The notes below the pieces were generated by a model. It ran no database searches. It had not been told where the DNA came from and was given only the letters and a program-made list of their open reading frames with translations. 61,117 bases of DNA, taken from the IMG/VR virus record IMGVR_UViG_3300044878_000080, positions 1 to 61,117 of that record, one strand, 5' to 3'. Shown piece after piece: positions 16,487-26,145 of this stretch. Positions within the stretch are counted from its first letter, which is position 1, and every line of letters begins with the position of its first letter. The translations under genes were made by a program, and so were the position numbers. Source of the DNA: a virus (lineage: Duplodnaviria > Caudoviricetes).

Positions 16487-16662
16487 ACTTTGACACCGAG
16501 TGGGGCGTAGCGTGGTCCACGGCTGAGGCCAACGGCCCTAATCCTGTGGAGACCAAGGCCAAGGCAAAGACTATGGTCAAGAACATGCGCGCCTATGGCC
16601 TTGAAGCCCGCGTTGTGTGGAGGGGCATTACCCCTTGGATGGAAGAGGCGGAAGCAGAGTGA
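16483..16662 (+). CDS. 59-aa hypothetical protein
   Basis: Not in track; GGAGG RBS and GTGA overlaps at both ends. Confidence 0.65.
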   Translation: MNFDTEWGVAWSTAEANGPNPVETKAKAKTMVKNMRAYGLEARVVWRGITPWMEEAEAE

Positions 16663-16838
16663 ACAAGAAACTCCTGACCACGCTGTGCGTCGTGCTGGCG
16701 GTCCTCTGTGGGGTGGCTAGCGTGGTCATGTTCATCATGAATATCTGGATTCCTGACATTCGGTGGGCACAGACGGGTGGCATCTTCCTCACAACGGGCG
16801 TTGCACTAGGTTTCGCCGCTGGGGGCGTAAACATTTGA
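16659..16838 (+). CDS. Small two-TM membrane protein
   Basis: Two hydrophobic helices. Confidence 0.7.
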   Translation: MNKKLLTTLCVVLAVLCGVASVVMFIMNIWIPDIRWAQTGGIFLTTGVALGFAAGGVNI

Positions 16839-17125
16839 GCGGTATCTTCCAGCAGGCAGCGCGCCAGTGGCATGAAATGCGCAGTGACTTCCTTGGCCAC
16901 GTAGACAACGAGTACGACAAGGCGCTTGAAGCCTGCTCCGGTGTGCTAGTGAACAAGGAAGGCCGCTCACTACACGTAGACGGCTATGACCTCTTCAAGG
17001 GCACACAGAGACGTGCAGACAAGTACGCCAGTGAAGAGCTGAAGGAATACTGGGAGACGCACCCGCGACTCTCCCTCGAAGATTACGAACTGCTCTGGCT
17101 CTCAGGCCAGCTACAGGAGGTATGA
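16835..17125 (+). CDS. Hypothetical protein
   Basis: TTGA overlap; KYASEELKEYWETHPRL. Confidence 0.7.
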   Translation: MSGIFQQAARQWHEMRSDFLGHVDNEYDKALEACSGVLVNKEGRSLHVDGYDLFKGTQRRADKYASEELKEYWETHPRLSLEDYELLWLSGQLQEV

Positions 17126-17126
17126 A

Positions 17127-17357
17127 GTGACTTTTTCACAGTACATGGTGGCCACGGACGCTGACAAAGACGATTGTTTCGTGCATCACAGCGTGGGTGT
17201 GGACAGCCGTGTGGGCCTCTACGTGATCGACGGACAGGGCAGAGAATTGAGCTTCAGCCCCGAGGTGCAGGAGAGCATCTGGGAGGCATTGGGGGACTAC
17301 TTTCACACCACCAAAGCGGCTGAGCTTGCGGTACTATTGAGTACCGCGACTAACTAG
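17127..17357 (+). CDS. Hypothetical protein
   Basis: AGGAGG RBS. Confidence 0.7.
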   Translation: MTFSQYMVATDADKDDCFVHHSVGVDSRVGLYVIDGQGRELSFSPEVQESIWEALGDYFHTTKAAELAVLLSTATN

Positions 17358-17542
17358 GAGCACATTGGAACACAAAGTACATTGCCCAACCACCGTCAAG
17401 GGCGGGTCAGGATTCACCTGTACCTGCTGGCGCGAAAACGGTAACCCGAAAAAATAAAATAAGTTGACACGAAGGCCGGATGCCCTTACTGTAGAGATAC
17501 AGAAGGCATCCGGCCTTCAGCTTTAGGTAGGAGAGAACCGAA

Positions 17543-17926
17543 ATGGCTAAGAAGCCCACACAGGCAGAGCTGGAAAAGCTCGCAAGCATTGCCCTCCGTG
17601 CTCAGATCAAGGCTGACGCAGCCAACGCTGAGCTTGAGAAGTCCAAGAAGGAACTGATCGGTGCCCTCATGGACGCTGGCAAGTTCAACAAGGACACGAA
17701 GGCCATAGGCAACGTGAAGCTCAACATCACGCCCAACCGCTTCTTCGACGTGGAAGAGGCCCTGACTCTGGTCACCCCGGAGGACATTGAGGAATCCACC
17801 ATTGAGGTTGTGGACGCCAAGCTGCTCAAGCAGCACATGACCCCCATTCAGGTTGAGAAGGCCATGAAGGACTACCCCGTTCCCTTCAAGCTGGGAATCA
17901 AGCCCAACGTACTGGATGAGGCGTAA
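17543..17926 (+). CDS. Hypothetical protein
   Basis: Own promoter TTGACA-N17-TACTGT; AGGAGAG RBS. Confidence 0.8.
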   Translation: MAKKPTQAELEKLASIALRAQIKADAANAELEKSKKELIGALMDAGKFNKDTKAIGNVKLNITPNRFFDVEEALTLVTPEDIEESTIEVVDAKLLKQHMTPIQVEKAMKDYPVPFKLGIKPNVLDEA

Positions 17927-17929
17927 CCC

Positions 17930-19039
17930 GTGAAGATCACTGAACTGTTCAGCCTTGAAGACCTTGAGCTGGAACTACAAGACGGCTACGTGGTGGAGCG
18001 GAAGCACCCCACGTTGCCCCTGACCATCCTAAACTACACGGACAGGGCCACGTTTGAGCAGCGCTGGAACTGTGTCACCGAGAACTGCCGGGGCCTCATC
18101 GTGAACAACGTCACGGATGAAGTCATTGCCCGTGGCCCCCGCAAGTTCTTCAACTACGGTGAGCCGTCTGCTACACCGTGGCCTCTGGACACTCAGGTAC
18201 GCCTCACCCGCAAGGAAGACGGCTCGCTGGGTATCGGCTGGCAGTATGAGGACAACTACGGCATTGCTACGCGGGGCAGCTTCACGTCGGAGCAGGCCGT
18301 TCACGCCACAGAGCAGATGACTCCTGACGAAGAGGGCAGCATCGACTTTGGGGATGTCAACGGCAACTCCCGCATGTGGGAGATTGTCTACCCGGAGAAC
18401 CGGATTGTGCTGGACTACGGAGACCGGGACGAACTGATTCCTCTGGGCACCGTGGACAACAAGACGGGTCTTATCCGCTACCGCCCAAGCCATGTGCTTG
18501 TGGACGGTCAGCCTGCCGTCATGACACTGGCTGAGGCCATTGCCCTGCCCATCCCCGACGATGAAGAGGGCTACGTCCTTGACATTCTGGATGAGTACCT
18601 GAATGTGGTTGACCACCTCAAGCTCAAGGGTGACAGGTACAAGGAACTGCACGCGGCTATCTTCGGCCTGACTGAGGCCAGAGTGTACGAAGCGTGGCTC
18701 AAGGACGATGTGCTTGACTTCATTGAAGCCCTGCCGGATGAGGTACAGCCGTGGGCACTCGCTGTGGCTCAGCGTCTTGACAGCGAGCATGAGGGCTACA
18801 TGTTCCGTGTGCGGGAAGCCTACGAGGACACCTACTGGAACATCCGAGGCAGCGTGGTTGATCGCAAAGAATGGGCGCAGTACATCATGGCCAACCACAA
18901 GGACTTGTCCGCTGGTCTGTTCGCCCTGCTTGACGGCAACACCGAGAAGTGCCATGCTTGGGTAGACAAACAGATCAAGCCGGGACACGTACCGTTCTCG
19001 TCACTAACTACGCAGAAACAGGAGCGAATTTCACTGTGA
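17930..19039 (+). CDS. T4 Rnl1-like RNA ligase
   Basis: NCRGLI, KFFNYGE, motif I KEDGS, EGYVL, KLKG. Confidence 0.9.
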   Translation: MKITELFSLEDLELELQDGYVVERKHPTLPLTILNYTDRATFEQRWNCVTENCRGLIVNNVTDEVIARGPRKFFNYGEPSATPWPLDTQVRLTRKEDGSLGIGWQYEDNYGIATRGSFTSEQAVHATEQMTPDEEGSIDFGDVNGNSRMWEIVYPENRIVLDYGDRDELIPLGTVDNKTGLIRYRPSHVLVDGQPAVMTLAEAIALPIPDDEEGYVLDILDEYLNVVDHLKLKGDRYKELHAAIFGLTEARVYEAWLKDDVLDFIEALPDEVQPWALAVAQRLDSEHEGYMFRVREAYEDTYWNIRGSVVDRKEWAQYIMANHKDLSAGLFALLDGNTEKCHAWVDKQIKPGHVPFSSLTTQKQERISL

Positions 19040-19986
19040 CAGCAGAAATCATTATTACGAGGGGCCTGCCGGGTAGCGGCAAGAGCACATGGGCCAAAGC
19101 ATTTGCCAGCCTTGCAGGCAACGTCGCCATTGTTGAGCGTGATGAACTGCGCTTGCAGCTCTTTGGCTCCTACTGGACGGGCAAGCAGGAGGACGAAGAG
19201 CGGGTCACCCGGCTTCAGGAAGCGCTGGTGCGTTCGTACCTCACTGAGGGTACGCGGGTGGTTATCTCGGACACCCACCTCCCCGACCGTTCGGTGAAGA
19301 AGTGGCTCAAGCTGGGGGCTGAGCTGGGTGTGCCCGTGGAGGTACAGGAGTTCCGTCACGTCCCGCTGGCTCAGGTGCTTGTCCAGAATCAGGCTACCGA
19401 ACGCTTGCGTGGCGGCAAGGCTGTGGCCCGAGAAGTCATCACGGACAAGTACGAGCGCTTCATCAAGGGCCGTAACCTTGACAAGGTAGTGGAGTACACC
19501 CCCAAGGCAAAGGCTGTGATTGAGCCTTACGTGCAGCCCCCTGTACCGGCCTACCCGCGTCTCAACGCTGTCATCTTCGATATTGACGGCACACTGGCAG
19601 TCATGGGTGACCGCTCGCCCTACGACGGGGCTGCTGTCTGGAAGGACGCGCCGAACCACGACGTTGCCACCGCCCTCACCTTGCACCGTGAAGCCCAGCA
19701 CACCATCTACATTGTCAGCGGACGGGACGAAGAGTACCGTGACGTGACGGAGAAGTGGCTGGACTCCCACGGACTCAAGTACGACGGCTTGTTCATGCGT
19801 CCCACCGAACAGGGTGACAAGCGCGAGGACAGCATTATCAAGCACGAGTTGTTCAACAAGTACATTCGGCCCTTGGGCCACCGCATTGTGGGTGTGTACG
19901 ATGACCGGCACCGTGTGCTCCGCATGTGGCGGAAGCTGGGACTCACCACCTTCCACGTCAACGGACCCGACGCGGGCGACTTCTAA
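19036..19986 (+). CDS. pseT: Polynucleotide 5'-kinase/3'-phosphatase (T4 PseT-like)
   Basis: P-loop GLPGSGKST, RD motif, HAD DIDGTL, SGR, YDDR. Confidence 0.9.
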   Translation: MTAEIIITRGLPGSGKSTWAKAFASLAGNVAIVERDELRLQLFGSYWTGKQEDEERVTRLQEALVRSYLTEGTRVVISDTHLPDRSVKKWLKLGAELGVPVEVQEFRHVPLAQVLVQNQATERLRGGKAVAREVITDKYERFIKGRNLDKVVEYTPKAKAVIEPYVQPPVPAYPRLNAVIFDIDGTLAVMGDRSPYDGAAVWKDAPNHDVATALTLHREAQHTIYIVSGRDEEYRDVTEKWLDSHGLKYDGLFMRPTEQGDKREDSIIKHELFNKYIRPLGHRIVGVYDDRHRVLRMWRKLGLTTFHVNGPDAGDF

Positions 19987-19999
19987 GGAAAGAGAACAA

Positions 20000-20170
20000 G
20001 TGGCAAAGCACTACACAGCAATCGTAGAAATCCTTGAGGTGCAGCAGGTCGTGGGCACGCGGGAATCCAACGGCGGTAAGGACAAGACTGAGGTGGCACG
20101 TATCGTGGTACGTGCCGACACCTTGGAAGAACTGCGTACCAAAGTCGGAAAGCACATCGAACTGGTCTAA
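20000..20170 (+). CDS. 56-aa hypothetical protein
   Basis: AAGGAAAGAG RBS, GTG start. Confidence 0.6.
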   Translation: MAKHYTAIVEILEVQQVVGTRESNGGKDKTEVARIVVRADTLEELRTKVGKHIELV

Positions 20171-20244
20171 CGCTTGACAGGCGGCGGATAAGGGACTAAG
20201 CTCTTCTTATCCGCCGCTTTTTTACGAGAGGAACAAAAGCAACT

Positions 20245-20796
20245 TTGGAATACAATGACTTTCAGGTACAGGCTTTGAATACCGCAATATACCCTATTGA
20301 CCGCGAGGTTGACTACACCATCGTAGGACTTGGCTCTGAAATCGGGGAGCTGGCTGAGGTTTACGCCGAAGCCAAAAAGGGCTTCTACGGCAAGCTCAAC
20401 GGGGCTACCACGAAGGAAGCACTCAGCGAGTGCGGAGACATTTTCTGGTACGTTGCAGCTACGGCTGACGCACTGCACCTTCAGCTTGACTGGGTGCTGA
20501 AGCAGACCACCACGGACATTCACCACGTCAGCAAGGGCCTGACTCTCGTGGACATGGTTGCGGCACACGGACGGATTCAGGGAATCCTGAAGAAGTCCAT
20601 CCGGGACAACGAAGGTTTCCTGACACCCAACCACGAGGTGCTTATTGCCTTGGACCTTTGCAACGTCTGGCACCACACGGCCCAGTTCATCTACCTGCTG
20701 GGCGGCACCGAGAATGGCGTCATGAACGCTAACCTAAACAAGCTTGCTGACCGCAAAGCGCGTGGTGTGCTTCAGGGGAGTGGTAACAACCGTTGA
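20245..20796 (+). CDS. MazG-like nucleotide pyrophosphohydrolase
   Basis: GLGSEIGELAE, ECGDIFWY, NLNKLADRKARGVLQGSG. Confidence 0.85.
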   Translation: MEYNDFQVQALNTAIYPIDREVDYTIVGLGSEIGELAEVYAEAKKGFYGKLNGATTKEALSECGDIFWYVAATADALHLQLDWVLKQTTTDIHHVSKGLTLVDMVAAHGRIQGILKKSIRDNEGFLTPNHEVLIALDLCNVWHHTAQFIYLLGGTENGVMNANLNKLADRKARGVLQGSGNNR

Positions 20797-20990
20797 GCAA
20801 ACAGCACAGCGTAACCGTCCGCGTAGAGCTTGAAGACGGCACGATTATCCAGCAGGTAGTAGGCTTCAACGGCGGGAATCCGCTGTTCCACGTCAAAGAG
20901 ACTGGCAAGGCTGGTATCGACGCCTTGGAAATGGTAGGACAGGCCCTTGAGGCTATTTACGGAGCGGTGGAGAACCCCCTGTGGAAGTAG
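20793..20990 (+). CDS. Hypothetical protein
   Basis: TTGA overlap. Confidence 0.65.
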   Translation: MSKQHSVTVRVELEDGTIIQQVVGFNGGNPLFHVKETGKAGIDALEMVGQALEAIYGAVENPLWK

Positions 20991-21352
20991 ACAACCGACG
21001 TAAGTACCTCACCATCCTGAAGAACCTGTACAGCGGTGACAGAACGCTGGTGAGCATGGCAGGACGGGCCAAGGCCAAGTTCGAGGAAGCCGAGCACGAA
21101 GCCTTCAACGCCTTTCAGGTGGACGTAGGGGCTCTCTTCCTTGATCTGAAGGAAGAGCTGGATCAGGGTATCGAGGACTTGGGGGAGTTCAGTGACCCTG
21201 ACCCCGCCAAGTGGGACTTTGACGATTGGTTCCAGTTCCAGAACGCCATTGCTGGGCACAAGTTTGAGGAAATCTATCACCTCATGGCCACGCGCCAGCC
21301 CAACGTACACCTCATCTGGACGGAGCTTGAAAACCGCCTTGACATTTCTTGA
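20981..21352 (+). CDS. Hypothetical acidic protein
   Basis: GGAG RBS; lies in operon. Confidence 0.7.
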   Translation: MEVDNRRKYLTILKNLYSGDRTLVSMAGRAKAKFEEAEHEAFNAFQVDVGALFLDLKEELDQGIEDLGEFSDPDPAKWDFDDWFQFQNAIAGHKFEEIYHLMATRQPNVHLIWTELENRLDIS

Positions 21353-21593
21353 GATAGCCACGGGCTACAAACTTCCCTGCCGGGAACCCAAGCCTGACCT
21401 GTACTTCGGCGACTCACAGGATGAGGAAGAGAAGTACAACGACGAAGAGGCACACGAGGTAGCAACCCTGTGTGCCTCTTGTCCGCTGAAGTTCCCCTGT
21501 CTTGAGTGGGCACTGCTGAATGATGAGCAGGGGGTCTGGGGCGGCATGACCCGTTCACAGCGCCAGCAGCTCAAGGATCGGGGCAAGCACTGA
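21339..21593 (+). CDS. whiB: WhiB-family Fe-S transcription factor
   Basis: C...CASC.....C and GVWGG turn. Confidence 0.9.
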   Translation: MTFLEIATGYKLPCREPKPDLYFGDSQDEEEKYNDEEAHEVATLCASCPLKFPCLEWALLNDEQGVWGGMTRSQRQQLKDRGKH

Positions 21594-21598
21594 AATCC

Positions 21599-22231
21599 TT
21601 GACCAATGAGCTACGCGACATGCTCAGCCAAGAGTCTGACAGGGACAAGCAAAGGCTGGTAGGGCCGTCATCCCTCGCGGGGTGCCCCTACTGCCTTGGC
21701 TTGGACATGCTGGGGCAGAAGGAACAGTCGTTTGGCTGGTACCCACGGCTGGGGACTGCCTTTCACTACTGGGCTGAGCATCACAACACTATACCGGGCG
21801 CTGTGACCGAAATGAAGGTGACCGTAGGCGAGATTGAGGGCTACGGAATCATCAAGGGGACATGCGATTTGTATTTGCCCCATCGAAAGACTATTGTTGA
21901 TTACAAGCTGGTAGGCAAGAACACCAGACAGGCTGCAATGGTTGACCGCCCGAGCACACAGTACCGGGGACAGCAACACCTCTACTGCAAGGGCGCTATC
22001 GCCCACGGCTTTGAGGTGAAGAAGTTCGCCATTGCGTACATTCCACGGGACTCTGCGAGCCTCAAGGACATGTACGTGTACACCGAAAATTACAGCCCGA
22101 CATTTGCTAACAAAACACTTGACAGGGCAAAAAAAGTGTGGGACTATTCTTCAAGTGGTCGAGTCGAAGAGCTACCTTCTGACCCTGAATGTTACTCATG
22201 CACGAGAGAGGGACGCGCACCAATTGGCTAA
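21599..22231 (+). CDS. Cas4-like PD-(D/E)XK exonuclease
   Basis: GPSSLAGCPYC, GTAFH, GTCD..IVDYK, QQHLY, ECYSC. Confidence 0.85.
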   Translation: MTNELRDMLSQESDRDKQRLVGPSSLAGCPYCLGLDMLGQKEQSFGWYPRLGTAFHYWAEHHNTIPGAVTEMKVTVGEIEGYGIIKGTCDLYLPHRKTIVDYKLVGKNTRQAAMVDRPSTQYRGQQHLYCKGAIAHGFEVKKFAIAYIPRDSASLKDMYVYTENYSPTFANKTLDRAKKVWDYSSSGRVEELPSDPECYSCTREGRAPIG

Positions 22232-23012
22232 AACTGACGTAGAGCTTGAAGTTGATCCGTTTGCAGATTTCGATTTGAGCGGATTGGGGCTGGAATTGGA
22301 CGAACCCACAGAGGCCACCGACAAGCACACGATGCTTGTGTACGGACGGCACCGGGTAGGCAAGTCCACCCTTGCATCAACCATTGCAGAGGTTGAAGGT
22401 AAGTACCCTGTCCTCTGGGTAGCTGCGGAGGACGGTACCACCGCCTTTGCAGGCAAGTACCCCAAGGGCCGTATCAAGGTGGTGAACGTCCGCACATGGA
22501 AAGAGATTGAAGCTCTCGTGAACATGGTGCTGGACAACGACACCCCGTTCAAGACCATTGTGTTCGACACACTGGGTGAAATTCAGGAAATCATCAAGCG
22601 CGATTACCTCAAGGCCAACAAGTCTTCGGACTTTGCCATGTGGGCGCAGATTGCCGACAACCTGACGTGGTTGGTCACCCAGTTCCAAGACAAGGAAGCG
22701 CCGTACAACGCAATCTACATTGCGCACACGGAGAAGGTCAAGGATGATAACCTCGGCTCTGTGCTCTTGTCCCCGTACTTCCTTGGCAAAAAGTCCATCG
22801 TGGACATTCCCAAGATTCCCGATACCATTGCCTACCTTGCGAAGGCAGAGGACGGGGACGGCGAAACGGTGCGTGTGCTACAGTTGACGAGCACGGAACG
22901 CATTGATGCCGGAAGCCGAGTGGAACACCGACTGCCTAAGCAGATGGTAAACCCAGACATGGGAAGCTTCTTTGCTTACCTTACAGGTGAGAAACCGCTT
23001 CCCGAGCAGTAA
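22224..23012 (+). CDS. Sak4-like AAA ATPase/recombinase
   Basis: YGRHRVGKST, IVFDT, YIAH; lies between exonuclease and SSB. Confidence 0.8.
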   Translation: MAKTDVELEVDPFADFDLSGLGLELDEPTEATDKHTMLVYGRHRVGKSTLASTIAEVEGKYPVLWVAAEDGTTAFAGKYPKGRIKVVNVRTWKEIEALVNMVLDNDTPFKTIVFDTLGEIQEIIKRDYLKANKSSDFAMWAQIADNLTWLVTQFQDKEAPYNAIYIAHTEKVKDDNLGSVLLSPYFLGKKSIVDIPKIPDTIAYLAKAEDGDGETVRVLQLTSTERIDAGSRVEHRLPKQMVNPDMGSFFAYLTGEKPLPEQ

Positions 23013-23075
23013 ACGCACTAAACGAACAAACGCAGTAAACGACAAAACGAAATCAAAAGAGAAGAGAACCACATA

Positions 23076-23591
23076 GTGGCACGCGAAGCACTCATCATTG
23101 ACGAAGAAGTTGCCAACGGCGGAGGTACTTTCAAGCCCCTCCCGGCAGCATGGTACACCGTCGAGATTGAGGACGTGGAAGAGGTTCAGGTCAAGGCTGG
23201 CAAGAACGCTGGCAAGGACATGTTCAAGTACAAGCTCAAGGTCATCGGTGGAGACTACGACAACCGGAAGCTGTTCGTACAGGCTTGCCTGTGGAATGAG
23301 GCGATCTTCACCCAGCGCGACATTCAGAAGGCGGTTGGCATCCCGCTTCCCGAGCCTGTGAATGGCAAGGTCAAGTTCGAGATTGCGGACGAAGACCAGC
23401 TCATCGGCAAGGAAATCAAGGTGCGCGTCATCGTCAAGGACAAGTTTGTAAAGCCGGGCGAAGAGGCCGAGCTGGACGAAGACGGCAACGTTGTCAAGGA
23501 CAACGAGGTCAAGGGCTTTGCGCCTGCGGCTGGCGCAGCTCCCGCTGCAAAGAAGGCTGGCGCTAAGAAGGCCGGTGGCTTCGCTCTCTAA
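23076..23591 (+). CDS. Single-stranded DNA-binding protein (DUF669-like)
   Basis: FKPLPAAWY.VEIEDVE, RKLF, NEVKGF; position after Sak4. Confidence 0.75.
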   Translation: MAREALIIDEEVANGGGTFKPLPAAWYTVEIEDVEEVQVKAGKNAGKDMFKYKLKVIGGDYDNRKLFVQACLWNEAIFTQRDIQKAVGIPLPEPVNGKVKFEIADEDQLIGKEIKVRVIVKDKFVKPGEEAELDEDGNVVKDNEVKGFAPAAGAAPAAKKAGAKKAGGFAL

Positions 23592-23599
23592 GTGAGAGC

Positions 23600-23628
23600 G
23601 CTCCTGAGCATGAGTTCTAAACTGCTCA
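23600..23628 (+). ncRNA. Predicted H-type pseudoknot
   Basis: S1 GCTC/GAGT, S2 TGAGCA/TGCTCA. Confidence 0.5.
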
Positions 23629-23632
23629 CCTA

Positions 23633-23701
23633 CGGGGTTTGGTGTATGGGTAACACATGAGGGTAGCTCCCTCAGCAACAGGTTCGAGTCCTGACCCCCG
23701 A
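23633..23701 (+). ncRNA. Atypical tRNA-like element (nominal anticodon AGC)
   Basis: D arm GTGT/ACAC, TGAGG(G)/(C)CCTCA arm, CAGG-TTCGAGT-CCTG T arm, CGGGG/CCCCG acceptor; non-canonical anticodon loop. Confidence 0.65.
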
Positions 23702-23725
23702 CTCATCGTTGAAAGGAAGTGCAGT

Positions 23726-23815
23726 GTGGCACAGAGAAGTATCCGTGACGGCCAAGAGGTAATCATTGGCTACTGCTCCTGTTGCACTAAAGACGAAGAG
23801 ACCAAAGACGATTGA
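23726..23815 (+). CDS. 29-aa Cys-rich peptide
   Basis: AAAGGAAG RBS; MAQRSIRDGQEVIIGYCSCCTKDEETKDD. Confidence 0.45.
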   Translation: MAQRSIRDGQEVIIGYCSCCTKDEETKDD

Positions 23816-23820
23816 CAGGG

Positions 23821-23844
23821 AAGCCCCGAAAGGGGCTTTTCTTT
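23821..23844 (+). terminator. Intrinsic terminator
   Basis: AAGCCCC-GAAA-GGGGCTTTT. Confidence 0.75.
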
Positions 23845-23907
23845 ACACCGAGGATAATGCAATATGTTTCACTGTGATACAGTAGGACTTTTGGAGGAAG
23901 GAGAGCG

Positions 23908-26145
23908 GTGACCGACGTGCAACGCGAGTTTTTGGAATTTGTATGGGGCGAGCAAGAGGGGTACGCCGACATTGCCCGGATGCTGGATGGTGACCTGAAG
24001 AACCACAAGTGGTTTGAATGGCCCACCCAGAAGGAAGAACTGCTGGCCTATGTGGAGAAGTACAGCCACGAGGACATTTACTACACCCCCGTCCTGTTCC
24101 GTGTGCCCCAGCGTCGGCGCTCTGCCGTCAAGACGGCTCAGGTTGTCTACGGTGACGCTGACCTGTTCAAGCCCGAGCACCTTCACGCCCGCCCTTCCGC
24201 CATTGTCCGCACCTCCCCGGACAAGACGCACGTTCTGTGGAGCGTCACGGACAGCAACGACGTGGCCACCCTTGAGGGACTGGCACACTCAGTGTCACTG
24301 GAACACCCCAAGGCCACCACGGGCTATGACAACGGGTGGAGCGCCACCAAGCTGCTGCGTGTCCCCGGCACAAAGAACCTCAAGTACGAGGGCCAGTCAT
24401 TCGACGTGACCGCGGAGTACACGGGCGAGCTGTACACCGTGGCTGACTTCACCGAGCACTACGCCCTTGTGCCCGAGATGATCTTTGACCCCAAGCCGTT
24501 CCCTACGGATGAAATGCCGTCCTACACGGTGGCTCTGTCCTCTGTCCCCTCTTCCGGTGTGCTCGAAGACCTGCTCAAGCGTCGATTCAGCAAGGGTGGC
24601 AGTGGCTCTGAGGCCCTGTACCTGCTTTACAATGAGCTGTTCCGTCTGGGAGCACAGGCCGGTCTGGATGACGACGCCGCCGACAAGATTGTGTACGTCA
24701 TTTCCGAGAAGTCCCCGCTGAACAAGTGGAAGCGCGACAATCAGCGCGGGGCTGCAAAGCTGCTGTGGGATGACATTCAGCGCGCCCGGAACAAGTACGG
24801 CAACACCATTGAGGGTGACGAGCCGGATGACCTTGAGCATGATTCCGTCATCACGGTTGCCCCCAAGCCCAAGCCGAAGGGCAAGGACTTCCTCACCCAG
24901 TACGAAAAGGAAAACCTGCCGCGCACCTTCATTGACGACTACCTTGCGTGGGCCACGTCCAAGACTGATGCTGCGCACGAGTACCACGTAGCGGGCGCGT
25001 TCACGATCCTGTCTACGATCTTCGGGGACTTTGGCCACGCCATGCCCAAGTGGGGGCCTCTCCCGCTCAACCTATGGTTCATGGTGCTGGGGAGCACAAC
25101 CCTCTCCCGTAAGTCCACCACGAAGCACCTCATGCTGTCCATGATTGAAGCGCTGGAAAACGAAGCCTACCCGTATGACCTTGGCTCAAAGTTCACCGCC
25201 GAAGGTCTGGATGAGGCGCTGCGGCGCGGAGCCAACCGCTCTGCCCTGCTCCACCGTGACGAAATTCAGGCGTTCATGAAGGAAGCTGACGCCAAGCCCT
25301 ACCTTCAGGGTGTCAAGGGTGAACTGACCGAGCTGTACGACGGCAAGGTATCCGGCAAGCTGCGTGCGTCCGGTGAGAAGCAGGAACAGCAGCGGAAGGG
25401 TGCCCGTGTGGCCCTTGTGCTCTTCACGATGGGCATTGAGAAGCAGCTCGCGGAGTACCTGACGCTTGAGGATTTCCAGTCAGGCTTCCTGACCCGCTTC
25501 ATCTACGTTCGGGCTGACGCTCCTATCCGTACCAAACAGTCTGACTATGTTGAGCAAGCAGACCCGTGGGAAGCCAAGCAGGGCGATCCGATCTTTGACG
25601 CCATGAAGAAGCGGCTGGAAGAGGCCCGCGAGCACTGGGAAGGCTGGGCTGACCCAACCGAGAAAACCATTCCGGTCATGTGTACCCCGGAAGCGTGGGA
25701 GCGCTGGAACAAGTTCATCACAGAGGCTTTGGACGCTGCTCAGGGGACAGAGCGCTCAGAGGTGGTTGAGGCTGCGGCAAGCCGTCTGTCCAACTCTGTG
25801 CTCAAGGCAGCTACGCTGCTGGCCATGTGGGATATGCACGATGAGGTCTCCCTGAAGCACATGCTGGCTGCTATCAACTACTGTGGCCAGTGGTTTGAGC
25901 ACATGGTGGGTATGGCCAACAAGATTTCAGCCTCTACGTGGAAGCGTCGGCAGGACCAACTGACGGACTTCATTGACGAACACGGCGGTGAGGTCAACTG
26001 GAAGGCAGCATACAGGCACTTCAAGGCTGACCTGCGCTCGCGGGAGTTCTTTGACCTTGTACAGGCCCTTGAAGAGGCTGGCATGGTCACGATCCGCAAT
26101 GAGAAGACTGGCAGCAAGTTCATCACAGCAACAGGAGTGAAGTAA
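23908..26145 (+). CDS. Primase-helicase (RepB-like primase N-terminus, DUF3987-like ATPase C-terminus)
   Basis: VYGDAD, TSPDKTHVLW, LLRVPGT.N.KY; GSTTLSRKST, RDE, GFLTRF. Confidence 0.8.
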   Translation: MTDVQREFLEFVWGEQEGYADIARMLDGDLKNHKWFEWPTQKEELLAYVEKYSHEDIYYTPVLFRVPQRRRSAVKTAQVVYGDADLFKPEHLHARPSAIVRTSPDKTHVLWSVTDSNDVATLEGLAHSVSLEHPKATTGYDNGWSATKLLRVPGTKNLKYEGQSFDVTAEYTGELYTVADFTEHYALVPEMIFDPKPFPTDEMPSYTVALSSVPSSGVLEDLLKRRFSKGGSGSEALYLLYNELFRLGAQAGLDDDAADKIVYVISEKSPLNKWKRDNQRGAAKLLWDDIQRARNKYGNTIEGDEPDDLEHDSVITVAPKPKPKGKDFLTQYEKENLPRTFIDDYLAWATSKTDAAHEYHVAGAFTILSTIFGDFGHAMPKWGPLPLNLWFMVLGSTTLSRKSTTKHLMLSMIEALENEAYPYDLGSKFTAEGLDEALRRGANRSALLHRDEIQAFMKEADAKPYLQGVKGELTELYDGKVSGKLRASGEKQEQQRKGARVALVLFTMGIEKQLAEYLTLEDFQSGFLTRFIYVRADAPIRTKQSDYVEQADPWEAKQGDPIFDAMKKRLEEAREHWEGWADPTEKTIPVMCTPEAWERWNKFITEALDAAQGTERSEVVEAAASRLSNSVLKAATLLAMWDMHDEVSLKHMLAAINYCGQWFEHMVGMANKISASTWKRRQDQLTDFIDEHGGEVNWKAAYRHFKADLRSREFFDLVQALEEAGMVTIRNEKTGSKFITATGVK

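Noticed and set aside
21599-22231. Cas4 as part of a CRISPR-Cas system
   Set aside because: No cas1/cas2 or array; it sits in the usual exonuclease-Sak4-SSB recombination module
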